Source: Neoechinorhynchus agilis (taxonomy: Eukaryota; Animalia; Acanthocephala). Taken from it: 64,000 nt of DNA. A program made the translations under genes and the position numbers. Where the stretch lies: the NCBI GenBank assembly GCA_051530055.1, contig CM121341.1, positions 2,260,638-2,324,637 of the forward strand. The letters are read 5' to 3'. The notes under the pieces are model-generated. The model had not been told where the DNA came from. It worked only from the letters and a program-made list of their open reading frames with translations, and did no database searches. This document shows positions 45,960 to 59,377 of the stretch, piece by piece; the stretch's first letter is position 1, and each line of letters opens with the position of its first letter.

Positions 45960-47290
45960 CAGCCTTACAAGTCCTCAAACAGGCACAAATCAGGTCTCGG
46001 GGCACGGTAAGACACTATGCAACGGACAATGCTTCTCATTAAATTTTTCATAGCACGAAGATAGCGTCAATTGTGCTTCTACCTGGCATAAAGCCGCGCT
46101 GGTCTTCGCTGATTTGGATCTCCTCCCAAATCCTATTGTCAACCATTCGCTCCCCAATTTCATTGTGTGGGACATCACCTTGATGTCCTACACAATTCCC
46201 AAGATGATTTTGGCTTCCCGAAGGATAACTTCAGCCGTCTCATCCCACCAGGTTTCTACTTAGACTACGTCCTCGCTTAGTTTCTGGGGGAGCACAATCA
46301 CAATCTTTTCTTTGAGGGTAGGATCTTTTAGCTTCCACCACTTGATGTTTGCCTTTTACCCTAATCCTGAGGTCGGCCACGAGTAATCTATGTTGCATCG
46401 CACACTCTTGACATTCCAGACTTCGCCCCACTTCGCTATCGGGTACAAAATGAAATTGATTTGATCTTCCACCACTTGAGTATGTGTGTAGGTGCCGTGG
46501 GGCTTTTTTGAAATTAAGTATTCGAAATACGCAACTCCAACGCTGTTGTATAATCCAACAGTCTTACATCCTCGGCGTTCCTTGATCCTACACTGTGTCC
46601 TCCATGAATTCGCTCGTATTCATCTCTCGGTCCAACGGGCCCGTTGAAATCGCCAGTTATCACATATCTTTCCCCTATAGTCCTTGTCAATTCAGATAGA
46701 TCCAGCCAAAATTCATCTTTCTCCTCCTCGCTGCAATCGACCTGCGGGGCGTATGCAGCCACTACTGTCGTGATTTCACCACTCTCGTTTCTCCTCACCA
46801 CCAAAACTCGATCACTTGTTCTTTTCACTTCCATTACATCGTCGACTAGGTCTTTAGCGATTACAATACTGACCCCATTTCTACCACTTGTTCCGCCACT
46901 ATAAATTAGTTTATAACCTTCTCCAACTTCTTTAGCCTTGCGTATTTTCCATCGTAGTTCTTCTATCCCGAGTATCTGAATTTTTCTTCTGCTCATCAAA
47001 TCGACCACTTCTCGACTTCTCCCTGTCATAAAACCAATTCTTATTTTTATGACGACTCGTTTCTTTAGCCAGGCCCGTCGCTTACCCGGTAACCCTAATT
47101 CATTTTTCGCATCCTCCGGGCGCCGAGTCTGCGCGTCGCATAAGGGGTATGCCCTTGTCAGATCGTTCGAAATTAAAGAACTTGACATTGGCATAGATAG
47201 TTTTGGCACAGGGTTTTAAGGCCGGATGCCCTTCCTGACGTCAACCCTCCCCATTTGTCCGGGCTTGGGACCGGCACCGAGTTTCCCCGA
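45960..47290 (-). mobile_element. Degenerate RTE-clade LINE (APE domain plus RT fragment)
   Basis: EELRWK, GYKLIYSG...RNGVSIVI, AYAPQV, GDFNG, MSHTMKL. Confidence 0.88.
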
Positions 47291-47598
47291 TGGCTTGGTT
47301 GCGAATGTGTTATAATCAATAATGTTTTGTTCAAAAAACGCAAAGTGCTCTGAAAAAGCTGAAAAATGTTCCATGAACTAATAAGAAAATAAAAGAATGT
47401 TGAGAGGCCTTACATACATCTCGGCAACCGACACCACGGAAGGTAACAATTCGAGCTTCAGTTTAAAATTGGCTATCAGTTACTTGATGAAAATGAATTA
47501 AAAGCGCTACACAATGCAGGGAATACGAGCGGACATATTCTCAACCCGAGCTGAAAAGGCCAAACAAATAAAAAGAACTGTTACACAAACTTTTTTAG

Positions 47599-47640
47599 AT
47601 GACTGATGAGGCGAGGTTTCCTCTTTCGAAATATTTCAGA
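47599..47640 (+). ncRNA. Second candidate minimal hammerhead ribozyme, different family
   Basis: tga-CTGATGA-ggc gagg(ttt)cctc tttc-GAAA-TATT-tca: 3-bp stem I and palindromic ATAT helix III. Confidence 0.4.
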
Positions 47641-48025
47641 ATAATAAAGGAATCTTTAACCGGGATTACGCTCACCAACTTTAAACGTTGATGCTCATCG
47701 TTTTTTACGGCGAAAATTCCTATACAATGACCATCTACAAAATTAGGACCCATTCGATAAACTTCTTTGAATTTAGAAATAAAACTCTAAGTTACATCAT
47801 CGTAGTCTGGGCAAAAAATGGCACTATTTTGGTGAGGTATTTACCTAAAAAGTTTCGTTTTCTCATAAAAGAGCGAGTACACAACGCGAATAATACAGAG
47901 GAATGTCACACGAACTCGAATATTTAAAAACTTACAAGCAGTAAGTATTGGCGAGCAGCCAAAGCCCAATGACGACCAAAGATGCGATTGCATCTCAGAG
48001 GGCACATTGAAGAAATGAAAGATAA

Positions 48026-48950
48026 TTAAACTCTCGAATCGTTGTGATTGACATAAAATGCGGTGTTCTTCACTGAAATCAAAAATTTGGAAGCTGCGGT
48101 CGCAAAAATTAAAATGCATTTGGCAAGTAATTTGAAAAGGATTTCTCGAAGAAATTGAGAGGCAACCGGAGACTCAAGAGCAGGCGTATTCCTTCGACAA
48201 AATATCTCGCTGGCAGTACAACGAGGCAATGCTGCCAGCGTGATGGCGACGGTCGAGGAAGGACAAAAGCTGGAATTTGCCGGGAGGTGGTGAGTGTGTT
48301 AATTGTCGAGAAATGAAGATTGATTGAATTTCAAAAAAAATTCTTCGATTAAACTCTCGAATCGTTGTGATTGGCATAAAATGCGGTGTTCTTTACTGAA
48401 ATCAAAAAAATTTGGAAGCTGCGGTCGCAAAGATTAAAATGCATTTGGCAAGTAATTTGAAAAGGATTTCTCGAAGAAATTGAGAGAGGCAACCGGAGAC
48501 TCAAGAGCAGGCGTATTCCTTCGACAAAATATCTCGCTGGCAGTACAACGAGGCAATGCTGCCAGCGTGATGGCGACGGTCGAGGAAGGACAGAAGCTGG
48601 AATTGGCCGGGAGGTGGTGAGTGTGTTAATTGTCGAGAAATGAAGATTGATTGAATTTCAAAAAAATTCTTCGATTAAACTCTCGAATCGTTGTGATTGG
48701 CATAAAATGCGGTGTTCTTTACTGAAATCAAAAAAATTTGGAAGCTGCGGTCGCAAAGATTAAAATGCATTTGGCAAGTAATTTGAAAAGGATTTCTCGA
48801 AGAAATTGAGAGAGGCAACCGGAGACTCAAGAGCAGGCGTATTCCTTCGACAAAATATCTCGCTGGCAGTACAACGAGGCAATGCTGCCAGCGTGATGGC
48901 GACGGTCGAGGAAGGAGAGAAGCTAAGATTTGGCGGGAGGTGGTGAGTGT
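48026..48950 (+). repeat. 325-bp tandem array (about 3 copies) of a CRE 3' end plus flank
   Basis: aaggatttctcgaagaaattg at ~48137, ~48462, ~48787; tail matches the reverse complement of 61555-61760. Confidence 0.92.
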
Positions 48951-49874
48951 GTTTCAAACGGATTGTTAACCTTTACTAAAATGTTATTAATGAAATTAAC
49001 GACATTAAAAAAATATACAAAACAATTATGAAAGTTTCATGTTGTGTTGCAGTCTCAGGCTTAGTTTCTTTTTCGAGAAACCACTTTCTTTAAAAACGAT
49101 ACGAATTTGCACCCTCTTTGGAATCGCGCTCGGAAAACTCCCTTTCCCATTTTTTTAAAAGCGCTCACCCATCGGAATTGATGCTTTTCTGCTCGCTTTA
49201 AAGTGTACGCTTCGTGTTTATGTATTAAAAGAAACAAAATTGTGCTTGGTTATTGTTTTTGAAAACGCAGGGATCTAAGTCAATTTCTCTTAAACGTGAA
49301 ATGAACGAAGTCCGGGAAAAAGGCTCGCTTATAAGAACTTAAAACAATGTCACACTTAAAAATATGAAGATGAAACTTCTGGATTCATTTTCAAGTTCGA
49401 TTTGCAAGAAATAAAGGTACTGTGAAATTAAAAAATTGCTTTAAGAGAACAGCCATAAAAATAAACGATCAATGCAACCATCGACGGAAATTGTTCATCA
49501 ACTCTGTATCGAAATTTACCGTTGGCGTGTGCAATTATTAGTCATTTTAGAAGATTTAATTTCGAAAAACACCAAAATTGTAATTGCATTTACGATAGGT
49601 CACTGGTCCGCTAAAGTAATTCCAACCAATAATAATCTGAATTTTCCTCTTATCACTTACAAAAACCTACTAAAAAATTTGTTTAATTTTTTGAATCAAA
49701 TGTGTTTTAAAAATTTCACAGCGGTGTCTATCACAACCAGCAGGATTTGCTAATGCTAAATATGTACTTTTGTCATGATTTTTGAATTTTTTTATTTTTT
49801 TATTAATATTTATAATTTTGATGTTTCAAAAACCTCCTAGAGGTCCACACCCGGTAAATTATTATTTATTATAG

Positions 49875-50030
49875 ATTTTTCGAACATTGTCGGGTTCATC
49901 ATCAGCTTGCTAGTTGTCGTCTTTTAATAACTTACAGCGGTTCGAAACGTTTTTTAATAAAAATTATTTACCGAGTGGAGACCTAAACAATAATTCTTAT
50001 CATATAGCCCGGCACTTGACATATCCATAT
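49875..50030. mobile_element. Penelope-terminal-repeat palindrome copy, partly deleted
   Basis: Same spacer as 11350-11383 (ttattaaaagacga on the minus strand), flanked by gggttcatcatcag and ggttcgaaacgttt, ending in the terminal repeat. Confidence 0.7.
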
Positions 50031-50390
50031 TCTATTGATGTTTTTGATAAAAAAATAACGACATAATCCGTACTTTTACAATTTAGAAGGAACGTTAATT
50101 AGCCTGAAAAAAAAACAAAAAAAACAAGGCAATAAAGTGCAATTGGTTTCGCTGGGGAAAACTACAATTTAGATTCCAGGAAATGAAAGATTAAAAAAAT
50201 GATCAAGTGCTTACATACGAATGCATCTTTTAAAACGTTCTCAAAAAACTAAAGTAGCTTTAAAAATAAAAACAGAATACATCACTAATTCTCGATAAAT
50301 AGTGCATTTTACATAGATACTAAACTCAATTAAGGAACTTAAAGAAACGGTCAATATTCTAGAAAAAAGCTGTCGATAGTACGAATATAT

Positions 50391-53300
50391 TTAGCATTGT
50401 ACGTCGATTCCAAATCCGAGTTTATGATCTCCTTGATTGATATTTAAACTATCCAAATTGGTTGACATTGTAAGCGCCACTCCAGGCCTCAATGCATGGG
50501 TACATGAAATGCCGATATGTCTTAAATTCGCGATTTTGATTTTAAGGGAGAGAGATGGGTCCACTTCATAACAAGCAGCAAAATACAGATTTGTCTTGTC
50601 TGAATTCGGATTCCATTTCATTTGAACACCAGTTTGAAGTCTCGGATTCACCGAATGAATGAGAGATGCACAAACATCGGATTGATTCTCAAGACTTGTT
50701 CTCACGCTAAAGTCCGATGCATCGAACCCAATGCAGAGACTGCTTTTTTTAAAATTGGATTTGGTTAAATTGTATGAAAACGAGCAACCAAATAACCAGA
50801 GATTCGAACTACCGCGAGAAAATCTACTAGTCACTATGGAATACGTAAGCAAAGGTTCCCATTGTCGTTGGTTCAATTCGAATCCGGCTTGGGCGTTAAT
50901 TATATCGCTGATATAAGACGTCCTGATCGATCCAGCTCGTGAGCCAGTCGCTGGAGAAAATGATGCTTTTAAAACACAAATTGCCACGAGTGAACGATTA
51001 TAGAAAATAGAGAAAATACAAAATGAATTTTAAAAAGTACAAAGAAACTATTTATACAAAAACTTTATTAACCATAAATCAATAAAAGGGCATAGGAAAA
51101 TAGAGAAACTAAAGTTTTATCGATAACAGGACGACAAATTAAAACAAAATTGTTTAAAATCATTTAGAAAATAATAACTATTTAAGATATAACAAAGAGA
51201 CTCCGATAACATCTTGGCTATACCCACAATGAACTTTAAAAAGAACTAAGAAATCATTTATACAAAGACTACTACTAAAAAATCAATACAGAAGTCAAGA
51301 GGAAAATATTCGATCCGTCTGTCTACATTTTGCAACTTCTCCCAAACAAAGTTGGAAAATGGTTCGTCGCCACAACAAAGGGCAACCGTACAGTTAATTA
51401 TTTTTTATAAGAGAATCAGCGATTAAGAAAGGGAATTATGCATCCTCCAGGCAACGACCGATAAAGACGTTTCGCCGTTTCCATCGGAACTTTTATAATT
51501 TTTTAAAGTGTTAACTGATAATCAAAAAATATTAATAATTAATTTTTTCATCCCTATGCAAACAACTATTTTTATGAGAGAATCAGCGATTAAGAAAGGG
51601 AATTATGCATCCTCCAGGCAACGACCGATAAAGACGTTTCGCCGTTTCCATCGGAACTTTTATAATTTTTTAAAGTGTTAACTGATAATCAAAAAATATT
51701 AATAATTAATTTTTTCATCCCTATGCAGACAACTATTTTTATGAGAGAATCAGCGATTAAGAAAGGGAATTATGCATCCTCCAGGCAACGACCGATAAAG
51801 ACGTTTCGCCGTTTCCATCGGAACTTTTATAATTTTTTAAAGTGTTAACTGATAATCAAAAAATATTAATAATTAATTTTTTCATCCCTATGCAAACAAC
51901 TATTTTTATGAGAGAATCAGCGATTAAGAAAGGGAATGATGCATCCTCCAGGCAACGAACGATAAAGACGTTTCGCCGTTTCCATCGGAACTTTTATAAT
52001 TTCTTAAAGTGTTAACTGATAATCAAAAAATATTAATAATTAATTTTTTTTCATCCCTATGCAAACAACTATTTTTTATGAGAGAATCAGCGATTAAGAA
52101 AGGGAATGATGCATCCTCCAGGCAACGACCGATAAAGACGTTTCGCCGTTTCCATCGGAACTTTTATAAATTTTTAACGTGTTCATTGATAATAAAAAAA
52201 TATTAATAATTAATTTTTTTCATCCCTATGCAAACAACTATTTTTTATGAGAGAATCAGCGATTAAGAAAGGGAATGATGCATCCTCCAGGCAACGACCG
52301 ATAAAGACGTTTCGCCGTTTCCATCGGAACTTTTATAAATTTTTAACGTGTTCATTGATAATCAAAAAATATTAATAATTAATTTTTTTATCCCTATGCA
52401 AACAACTATTTTTTATGAGAGAATCAGCGATTAAGAAAGGGAATTATGCATCCTCCAGGCAACGAACGATAAAGACGTTTCGCCGTTTCCATCGGAACTT
52501 TTATAATTTTTTAAAGTGTTAACTGATAATCAAAAAATATTAATAATTTAAAATTTTTATTTCCGTGCAGCGAGACATTTTAGAGAATCTGTCATGGAAT
52601 AAAGGAATGATGCATCCTCGAGAAAATGAAGGATATGAACGTTTCGCCGTTACCATCGGAACTTTCATAAATGGGAAAAAATGATTTTTCGATAAAAAAA
52701 ATTCGTGCCTTTTCGATAAAAAGGTAAACGATAGCAATATGTTTCGTTTAAAAATTCCAATAAAGTACAATATTTAAGAAATCCTCACGAAATCAAGCTT
52801 GAACGAAAGATATATTTTTTGATATAACAATCATACAAAATCTTGGAGGAAAACTTTATCGGGCAAAAAATGCTTAGCCGTCCTCGTCCTCAATTGTAGC
52901 CTGGATGCTTGTCGTGTTGCCCCGTCAACATTTAAGCAAAAAAATGCATAAAAAAATTAAGAAAAACATTTTTAACAATCAACAATTTGTAAACATTTAA
53001 AGGACAAATTGCGGTAAACAAAGAACAACAACTCATAAAACACCGACTACGAAAAATCATAAAAAAATCCTTTTAAAAATTCTAATAGAAAACAAAAAGC
53101 AGATATAAAGAAAAAACCTCGCTTAAAGTGGCAACTTGAGTTGCAAGTTCAAAGACAAGCCACGGAGAGATAGAATATTTTCGTTTACAATAAGCTCTGA
53201 GGACAAAACATTATCAGTGTCCCATTTCTCAGAGAAAGTAAAGCCTTCGAAGTGAACAAAAGATGAAGATTTTACATGTATATTTTAAGATTTTATATTA

Positions 53301-53583
53301 CCTTTATCAGCTGTAACAAATCGCGTCTCTAAACCACCGATAGCCTTTTGAGTATCCATAAAAAGTTTCCCGGATGTAACAAACTTTACGCCGCTACTCG
53401 ATGTTGAAGTTACATTGAGCTTTATAACATTCGACACTTGAATTTCGTCCATGAAAAACGGCAGATAAAAGTTAATGGACACTTACGATAGCCAATATCG
53501 AACAAGCGGCTAACCGCGTAGTTTAAGCGAGAATACGGAGGCGGCCGACGAATATTACGGCTCGAAATCAATGTTGAACTCAT
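50391..53583 (-). CDS. VDAC: Second VDAC copy with the same exon structure and the same in-frame TAA (53123-53125)
   Basis: ATG at 53581-53583; last-exon protein identical to 10022-10618. Confidence 0.85.
51410..52670 (-). repeat. About 169-bp satellite, about 7.5 units
   Basis: catcggaact at ~51482, 51649, 51816, 51983, 52153, 52322, 52490, 52654. Confidence 0.95.
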
Positions 53584-53749
53584 TAGAAATAAAAATTAAT
53601 TGCCGAATCAAAAGAAGATCTGGAAATCATGAACTCGACGATTGTCTGAGTACCTTTCGAAGTGAAAGCGCTCTGTGAAGGTTTCCTTGGAGAAAGAGAA
53701 AGCTTTCCTCTGTCGTCAGAAGCACAAGGAAGATGAATACGCGATTTAT

Positions 53750-56700
53750 ATATTTTATTGGCTAAAGTTGTCGTTGTTTAGGCGTCTTAACGTATACAAA
53801 TTTGGTGTTTGCGATCATTAATCATTATTGTTTCTTTGCTTTCTTGTTCAATGTTCCTGTGAAATTCGGAATTACTTATCCGAGTATCGACGATGTCCAC
53901 TATTTTAGAAGGGATGAACACTGCGCGCAACTTAATCGGTTTCAATGGTTGCGTCATTAGTCTTCTCGTGAATGTCACGACGAATACGTGATTGAGACAT
54001 TTTATTCGCCAAAGTTGTCGTTGTTTAGGCGTCTTAACGTATACGAATTTGCGGTTTGGGATCATTTCTCATTATTGTTTCTTTGTTTTCTTGTTCAATG
54101 TTCCTGTGAAATTCGGGATTACTTATCCGAATATCGACGATGTCCACTATTTTAGAAGGGATGAACACTGCGCGCAACTTAATCGGTTTCAATGGTTGCG
54201 TCATTAGTCTTCTCGTGAATGTCACGACGAATACGTGATTGAGACATTTTATTCGCTAAAGTTGCCGTTGTTTAGGCGTCTTAGCGTATACGAATTTATG
54301 TTACAATTATTTCTCATTATTGTTTCTTTGCTTTCTTGTTCAATGTTCCTGTGAAATTCGGAATTACTAATCCGAATATCGACGATGTCCACTATTTTAG
54401 AAGGGATGAACACTCGCGCAACTTAATCGGTTTCAATGGTTGCGTCATTAGTCTTCTCGTGAATGTCACGCGAATACGCGATTGAGACATTTTATTCGCT
54501 AAAGTTGCCGTTGTTTAGGCGTCTTAGCGTATACGAATTTGCTGTTTACGATTATTTCTCATTATTGTTTCTTTGCTTTCTTGTTCAATGTTCCTGTGAA
54601 ATTCGGGATTACTAATCCGAATATCGACGATGTCCACTATTTTAGAAGGGATGAATACTCCGCGCAACTTAATCGGTTTCAATGGTTGCGTCATTAGTCT
54701 TCTCGTGAATGTCACGACGAATACGCGATTGAGACATTTTATTCGCTAAAGTTGCCGTTGTTTAGGCGTCTTAGCGTATACGAATTAGCTATTTACAATT
54801 ATTTCTCATTGTTGTTTCTTTGCTTTCTTGTTCAATGTTCCTGTGAAATTCGGGATTACTTATCCGAGTATCGACGATGTCCACTATTTTTAGAAGGGAT
54901 GAACATTCCGCGCAACCTAATCGGTTTCAATGGTTGCGTCATTCGTCTTCTCTTGAATGTCACGACGAATACGCGATTGAGACATTTTAATCGCTAAAGT
55001 TGCCGTTGTTTAGGCGTCTTGACGTATACGAATTTGCGCTTTTCGATCATTTCTCATTATTGTTTCTTAACTTTCTTGTTCAATGTTCCTGTGAAATTCG
55101 GGATTACTTATCCGAATATCGACGATGTCCACTATTTTAGCAGGGATGAATACTCCGCGCAACTTAATCGGTTTCAATGATTGCGTCATTAGTCTTTTCG
55201 TGAATGGCACGACGAATACGTGATTGAAACATTTTATTGGCTAAAGTTGTCGTTGTTTAAGCGTCGTAATGTATACGAATTTGCGGTTTGCGTTCATTAA
55301 TCATTATTGTTTCTTTGCTTTGTTGTTCAATGTTCCTGTGAAATTCGGCTTATCCGAGTATCGACGATGTCCACTATTTTAGAAGGGATGAATACTGCGC
55401 GCAACTTAATCGCTTTCAATGGTTGCGTCATTAGTCTTCTCGTGAATGTCACGACGAATACGCGATTGAGACATTTTATTCGCCAAAGTTGCCGTTGTTT
55501 AGGCGTCTTAACGTATACGAATTTGGTGTTTGCGATCATTAATCATTATTGTTTCTTTGCTTTCTTGTTCAATGTTCCTGTGAAATTCGGGATTACTTAT
55601 CCGAATATCAACGATGTCCACTATTTTAGAAGGAATGAATACTGCGCGCAACTTAATCGCTTTCAACGGTTGCGTCATTAGTCTTCTCTTGAATGTCACG
55701 ACGAATACACGATTGAGACATTTTATTTGCTAAAGTTGCCGTTGTTTAGGCGTCTTCGCGTATACGAATTAGCTATTTACAATTATTTCTCATTATTGTT
55801 TCTTTGCTTTCTTCTTCAATGTTCCTGTGAAATTCGGGATTACTAATCCGAGTATCGACGATTTCCACTATTTTAGAAGGGATGAATACTGCGCGCAACT
55901 TAATCGCTTTCAATGGTTGCGTCATTAGTCTTCTCGTGAATGTCACGACGAATACGCGATCGAGACATTTTATTCGCCAAAGTTGCCGTTGTTTAGGCGT
56001 CTTAGCGTATACGAATTAGCTATTTACAATTATTTCTCATTATTGTTTCTTTGCTTTCTTGTTCAATGTTCCTGTGAAATTCGGGATTACTAATCCGAAT
56101 ATCGACGATGTCTACAATTTTAGAAGGAATGAATACTGCGCGCAACTTAATCGGTTTCAATGGTTGCGTCATTAGTCTTCTCGTGAATGTCACGACGAAT
56201 ACGCAATTTAGACATTTTAATCGCTAAAGTTGTCGTTGTTTAGGCGCTTTAACGTATGCGAATTTGCGGTTTTCGATCATTTCTCATTATTGTTTCTTTA
56301 CTTTCTTGTTCAATGTTCCTGTGAAATTCGGAATTACTTATCCGAGTATCGACGATGTCCATTATTTTAGAAGGGATGAATACTGCGCGCAACTTAATCG
56401 GTTTCAATGGTTGCGTCATTAGTCTTCTCGTGAATGTCACGACGAATACGCGATTGAGACATTTTATTCGCCAAAGTTGCCGTTGTTTAGGCGTCTTAGC
56501 GTATACGAATTAGCTATTTACAATTATTTCTCATTGTTGTTTCTTTGCTTCCTTGTTCAATGTTCCTGTGAAATTCGGGATTATTTATCCTAATATCGAC
56601 GATGTCCACAATTTTAGAATGGATGAAAACTCCGCGCAACTTAATCGGTTTCAATGGTTGGGTCATTAGTCTTCTCGTGAATGTCACGACGAATACGCGA

Positions 56701-56770
56701 TTGAGTCATTTTATTCGCTAAAGTTGCCGTTGTTTGGGCGTCTTAACGTATATTAATTTGCGCTTTTCGG
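53750..56770 (-). repeat. 247-bp satellite array, about 12 units
   Basis: Reverse complement of the 4580-7770 unit at about 247-bp spacing. Confidence 0.97.
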
Positions 56771-57504
56771 TCATTTGGCAACTAATCAACTGGAACTCCC
56801 TCGATTTGCAATAAACATTCTTAGAAATTAGAAAATATCGATGAAGGTTTCGATCAACGGAACTCTGTCGAGTTCATCGTTAGCCGTCTCAGTTCACAGG
56901 ATTCGTACCGATATTCAGATCCAATTGCAAACCATAAATCCATGCGGTCCATGGCAAAGATTTAATTTGAGACAATGGTAAGAATTGACTGTTTCAGCGG
57001 TCGCCGGAGTCTTAATTTGTTAATTCAAGATCACATTTTTGGACTTTCAGCGATGATCTTTTAGTCTACTAATGTTCAGGATTCGTAACCGACTTGTCCT
57101 GCAGCTGCAACGGCGAATTGCTTCGAAATCCCAACCGAAATTTCTCGGCTTAGCAGCCTCAAACTTTAGCGTTTCTCACTGTTGAGAAGCGGTGTTTAAT
57201 TTCTTATTTTTATCTTTTAATGTGCTATTTACCTTGGAATATTGAGCAGTCCAAATAAAGATGTTTGTTTATTTTATACTTCAAAAAACTCCGATATAAA
57301 CTTAAGATCGGGATTATCGACTAGCCACACATAAAAGAGATCCAATTTTATGTTTCCAAAAGATTCTTAACGTGATTAATAACTCGGAAGGGCGTGATAT
57401 TTTGTGGTGGTCGTATAATCATTATTGTGTTTTTGCATTTATGCACTAACTTCTTTTGGTTTTGAGATTCGTTTTGAACAGTTCAAAAAGCTCTGCTATT
57501 TCAG

Positions 57505-58311
57505 ATGCCTAATTTTGTTGGTAAACAACGTCGAAGGCGCTCAAAATCTTGGCTTCCCATGTATATAAGAAGTCAAGTGCGCCGGCTTATTAATCGGCAG
57601 AAGAGCCTGTTGGCTGCTAGGAGTAAAATGATTCCATTTGGATTTGAGTATTCGGGTCTTACGTTCGGCTTACGATTGGTAAGTTTTAATTTACTTGTTT
57701 ACAATAGGGATCGATTTGGTCTTGAATCGGAGACCATTGTTATGCAAAGCGTTGCGCCACGTTTATCGAGGATAAATAGGATTCTTCGAGACGAATTAAT
57801 ATTTCCGAGACCTACAAGGACCCCATTTATGCGGACATCCCAATGTCTTGAGAGAATTCTAATTCCTGAGGCGGTCATAGAAAAGTCATGTTCAATAAAG
57901 CGGAATTTAGAAGATTCACAAGTTGAAGGAAATTTGCAGGAGACGAAAGCTGAATCAAAGGTGTTTTTTTCCCGAAAACGGAGAAAAATCAACACGAACG
58001 CTACGAACAACAGTGTTATTTTCAATACAATGTCATCCGATTTTAATATCGCTTACCTTGAACAACTTGGTAAAGTGGGTAATGCGCCGCCAATCAAATG
58101 GGCTGTATACCATCAAGAACAACAAGAAGCCGTGACTTCTGATTTCAGCCAATTCGCGGTTCCTACAAAACTGGAAGTTGTTGCCAATTTTGCGTCGAAT
58201 TCACAGGCTTACAAATTTAAGCAAATGCTTAGAAGTACGGGAATCGATGAGTGTGCAAGGCTCAGTAGATGGAGACGTAGAGACGACGATGCATATAAAG
58301 CAAATCAGTGA
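57505..58311 (+). CDS. Hypothetical 268-aa basic protein
   Basis: 807-nt ATG-started ORF in unique AT-rich DNA; basic clusters QRRRRSK and RKRRK; no family recognised. Confidence 0.6.
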   Translation: MPNFVGKQRRRRSKSWLPMYIRSQVRRLINRQKSLLAARSKMIPFGFEYSGLTFGLRLVSFNLLVYNRDRFGLESETIVMQSVAPRLSRINRILRDELIFPRPTRTPFMRTSQCLERILIPEAVIEKSCSIKRNLEDSQVEGNLQETKAESKVFFSRKRRKINTNATNNSVIFNTMSSDFNIAYLEQLGKVGNAPPIKWAVYHQEQQEAVTSDFSQFAVPTKLEVVANFASNSQAYKFKQMLRSTGIDECARLSRWRRRDDDAYKANQ

Positions 58312-59377
58312 TTTGCGGGCATTAAAACGGTGTTTTTGAATGGTAGTAAAAAGTTTAACAAGACAGGAATTTATGAGAAAATGAAGCCTGAGATTGGTTT
58401 GTATGGTATTTGGTTTGTAGAGTTTTTACTCATTCCGTCTGAGGTTTTGTCTAAAAACCATACAATGAGTTTTTTCTTTTGAGTATTTTTGCTTGCATAA
58501 AACTTAATAGCGGAAAATAAATTTTAATCAATACCGAAATGGCCGCTACAAATCTCGCTGCTTAATTCTTTTTCGATTTTTTCGTTTAAAAACAACAATT
58601 TATTAATATTCAACAAAATGAGTTTTTTGCAAAACAAACCCAATGATTTCCATCTTCCTTTAATTCCAGAAAGAATGATTTTTGTGTAATTTTTCTCGTA
58701 ATTTTCTAAGGGAGTCTTAATCGTAGAAGTTAGCCGATTCGTGACAGAACGGTAATAAAATGCGGTTTTAAAATTCATCGATTTGTCTAAAGCTATTAAA
58801 TGTCTAATCATTGAAATTATATTTGTATTGCTTTATTTATAAACGTTTTTTAAAATTCAAATAATATTCATAAGAAGTATCCAAGAATTAGTAAAGATTT
58901 CGTGTCGTCAAATAATAGAATTTCTTTGTGTTTTTGTAAAGGTTTTGGTATTAAATTTCTTATAAAGTTACTGCGCTTATATTTTATTTGTTTTTAGCAG
59001 TACATTTAAAAAGCAATTCATTAATTATATGATTCCCGAGTCGCTTTTAAGTCGAAGATTCTATTTACAAGTCGATTTTCGGCGAAAGTTATTCCACTTT
59101 GACGATTGTCGCTTCATTAGTTTCCGTTGAATCGAAAAAGATGCGAGGTGATCATTAATTTGAGCTGATTTATGAATGCTTTTTAAGGGGATTTTAATTT
59201 CGACCTCTCAATAATGTTTCCCTCGCAACGCCATTTTTGTTTCAATTTTAGATTGAGCTTTAAAATCATCCAACATTGCATTAACGAACGAGTTTTCTTC
59301 ATGTCAACAAATTAGACTTTGAATTTGTTTAAACCGATTGGTGACTATGGCAATAATTGAAAATACATTATTTGACA

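Larger units (their letters stand above)
49989..56770 (-). repeat. Right arm of large inverted segmental duplication
   Basis: Reverse complement of 4580-11019 apart from satellite copy number. Confidence 0.97.

Noticed and set aside
4580-56770. Outer inverted arms as terminal repeats of a giant DNA transposon
   Set aside because: No transposase, integrase/pPolB or capsid gene between them, no defined outer ends or target duplication, and the arms carry a host gene.
56840-57180. GC-richer stretch with a gtaaga donor after the right satellite array
   Set aside because: Every tested splice option hits a stop within a few codons.
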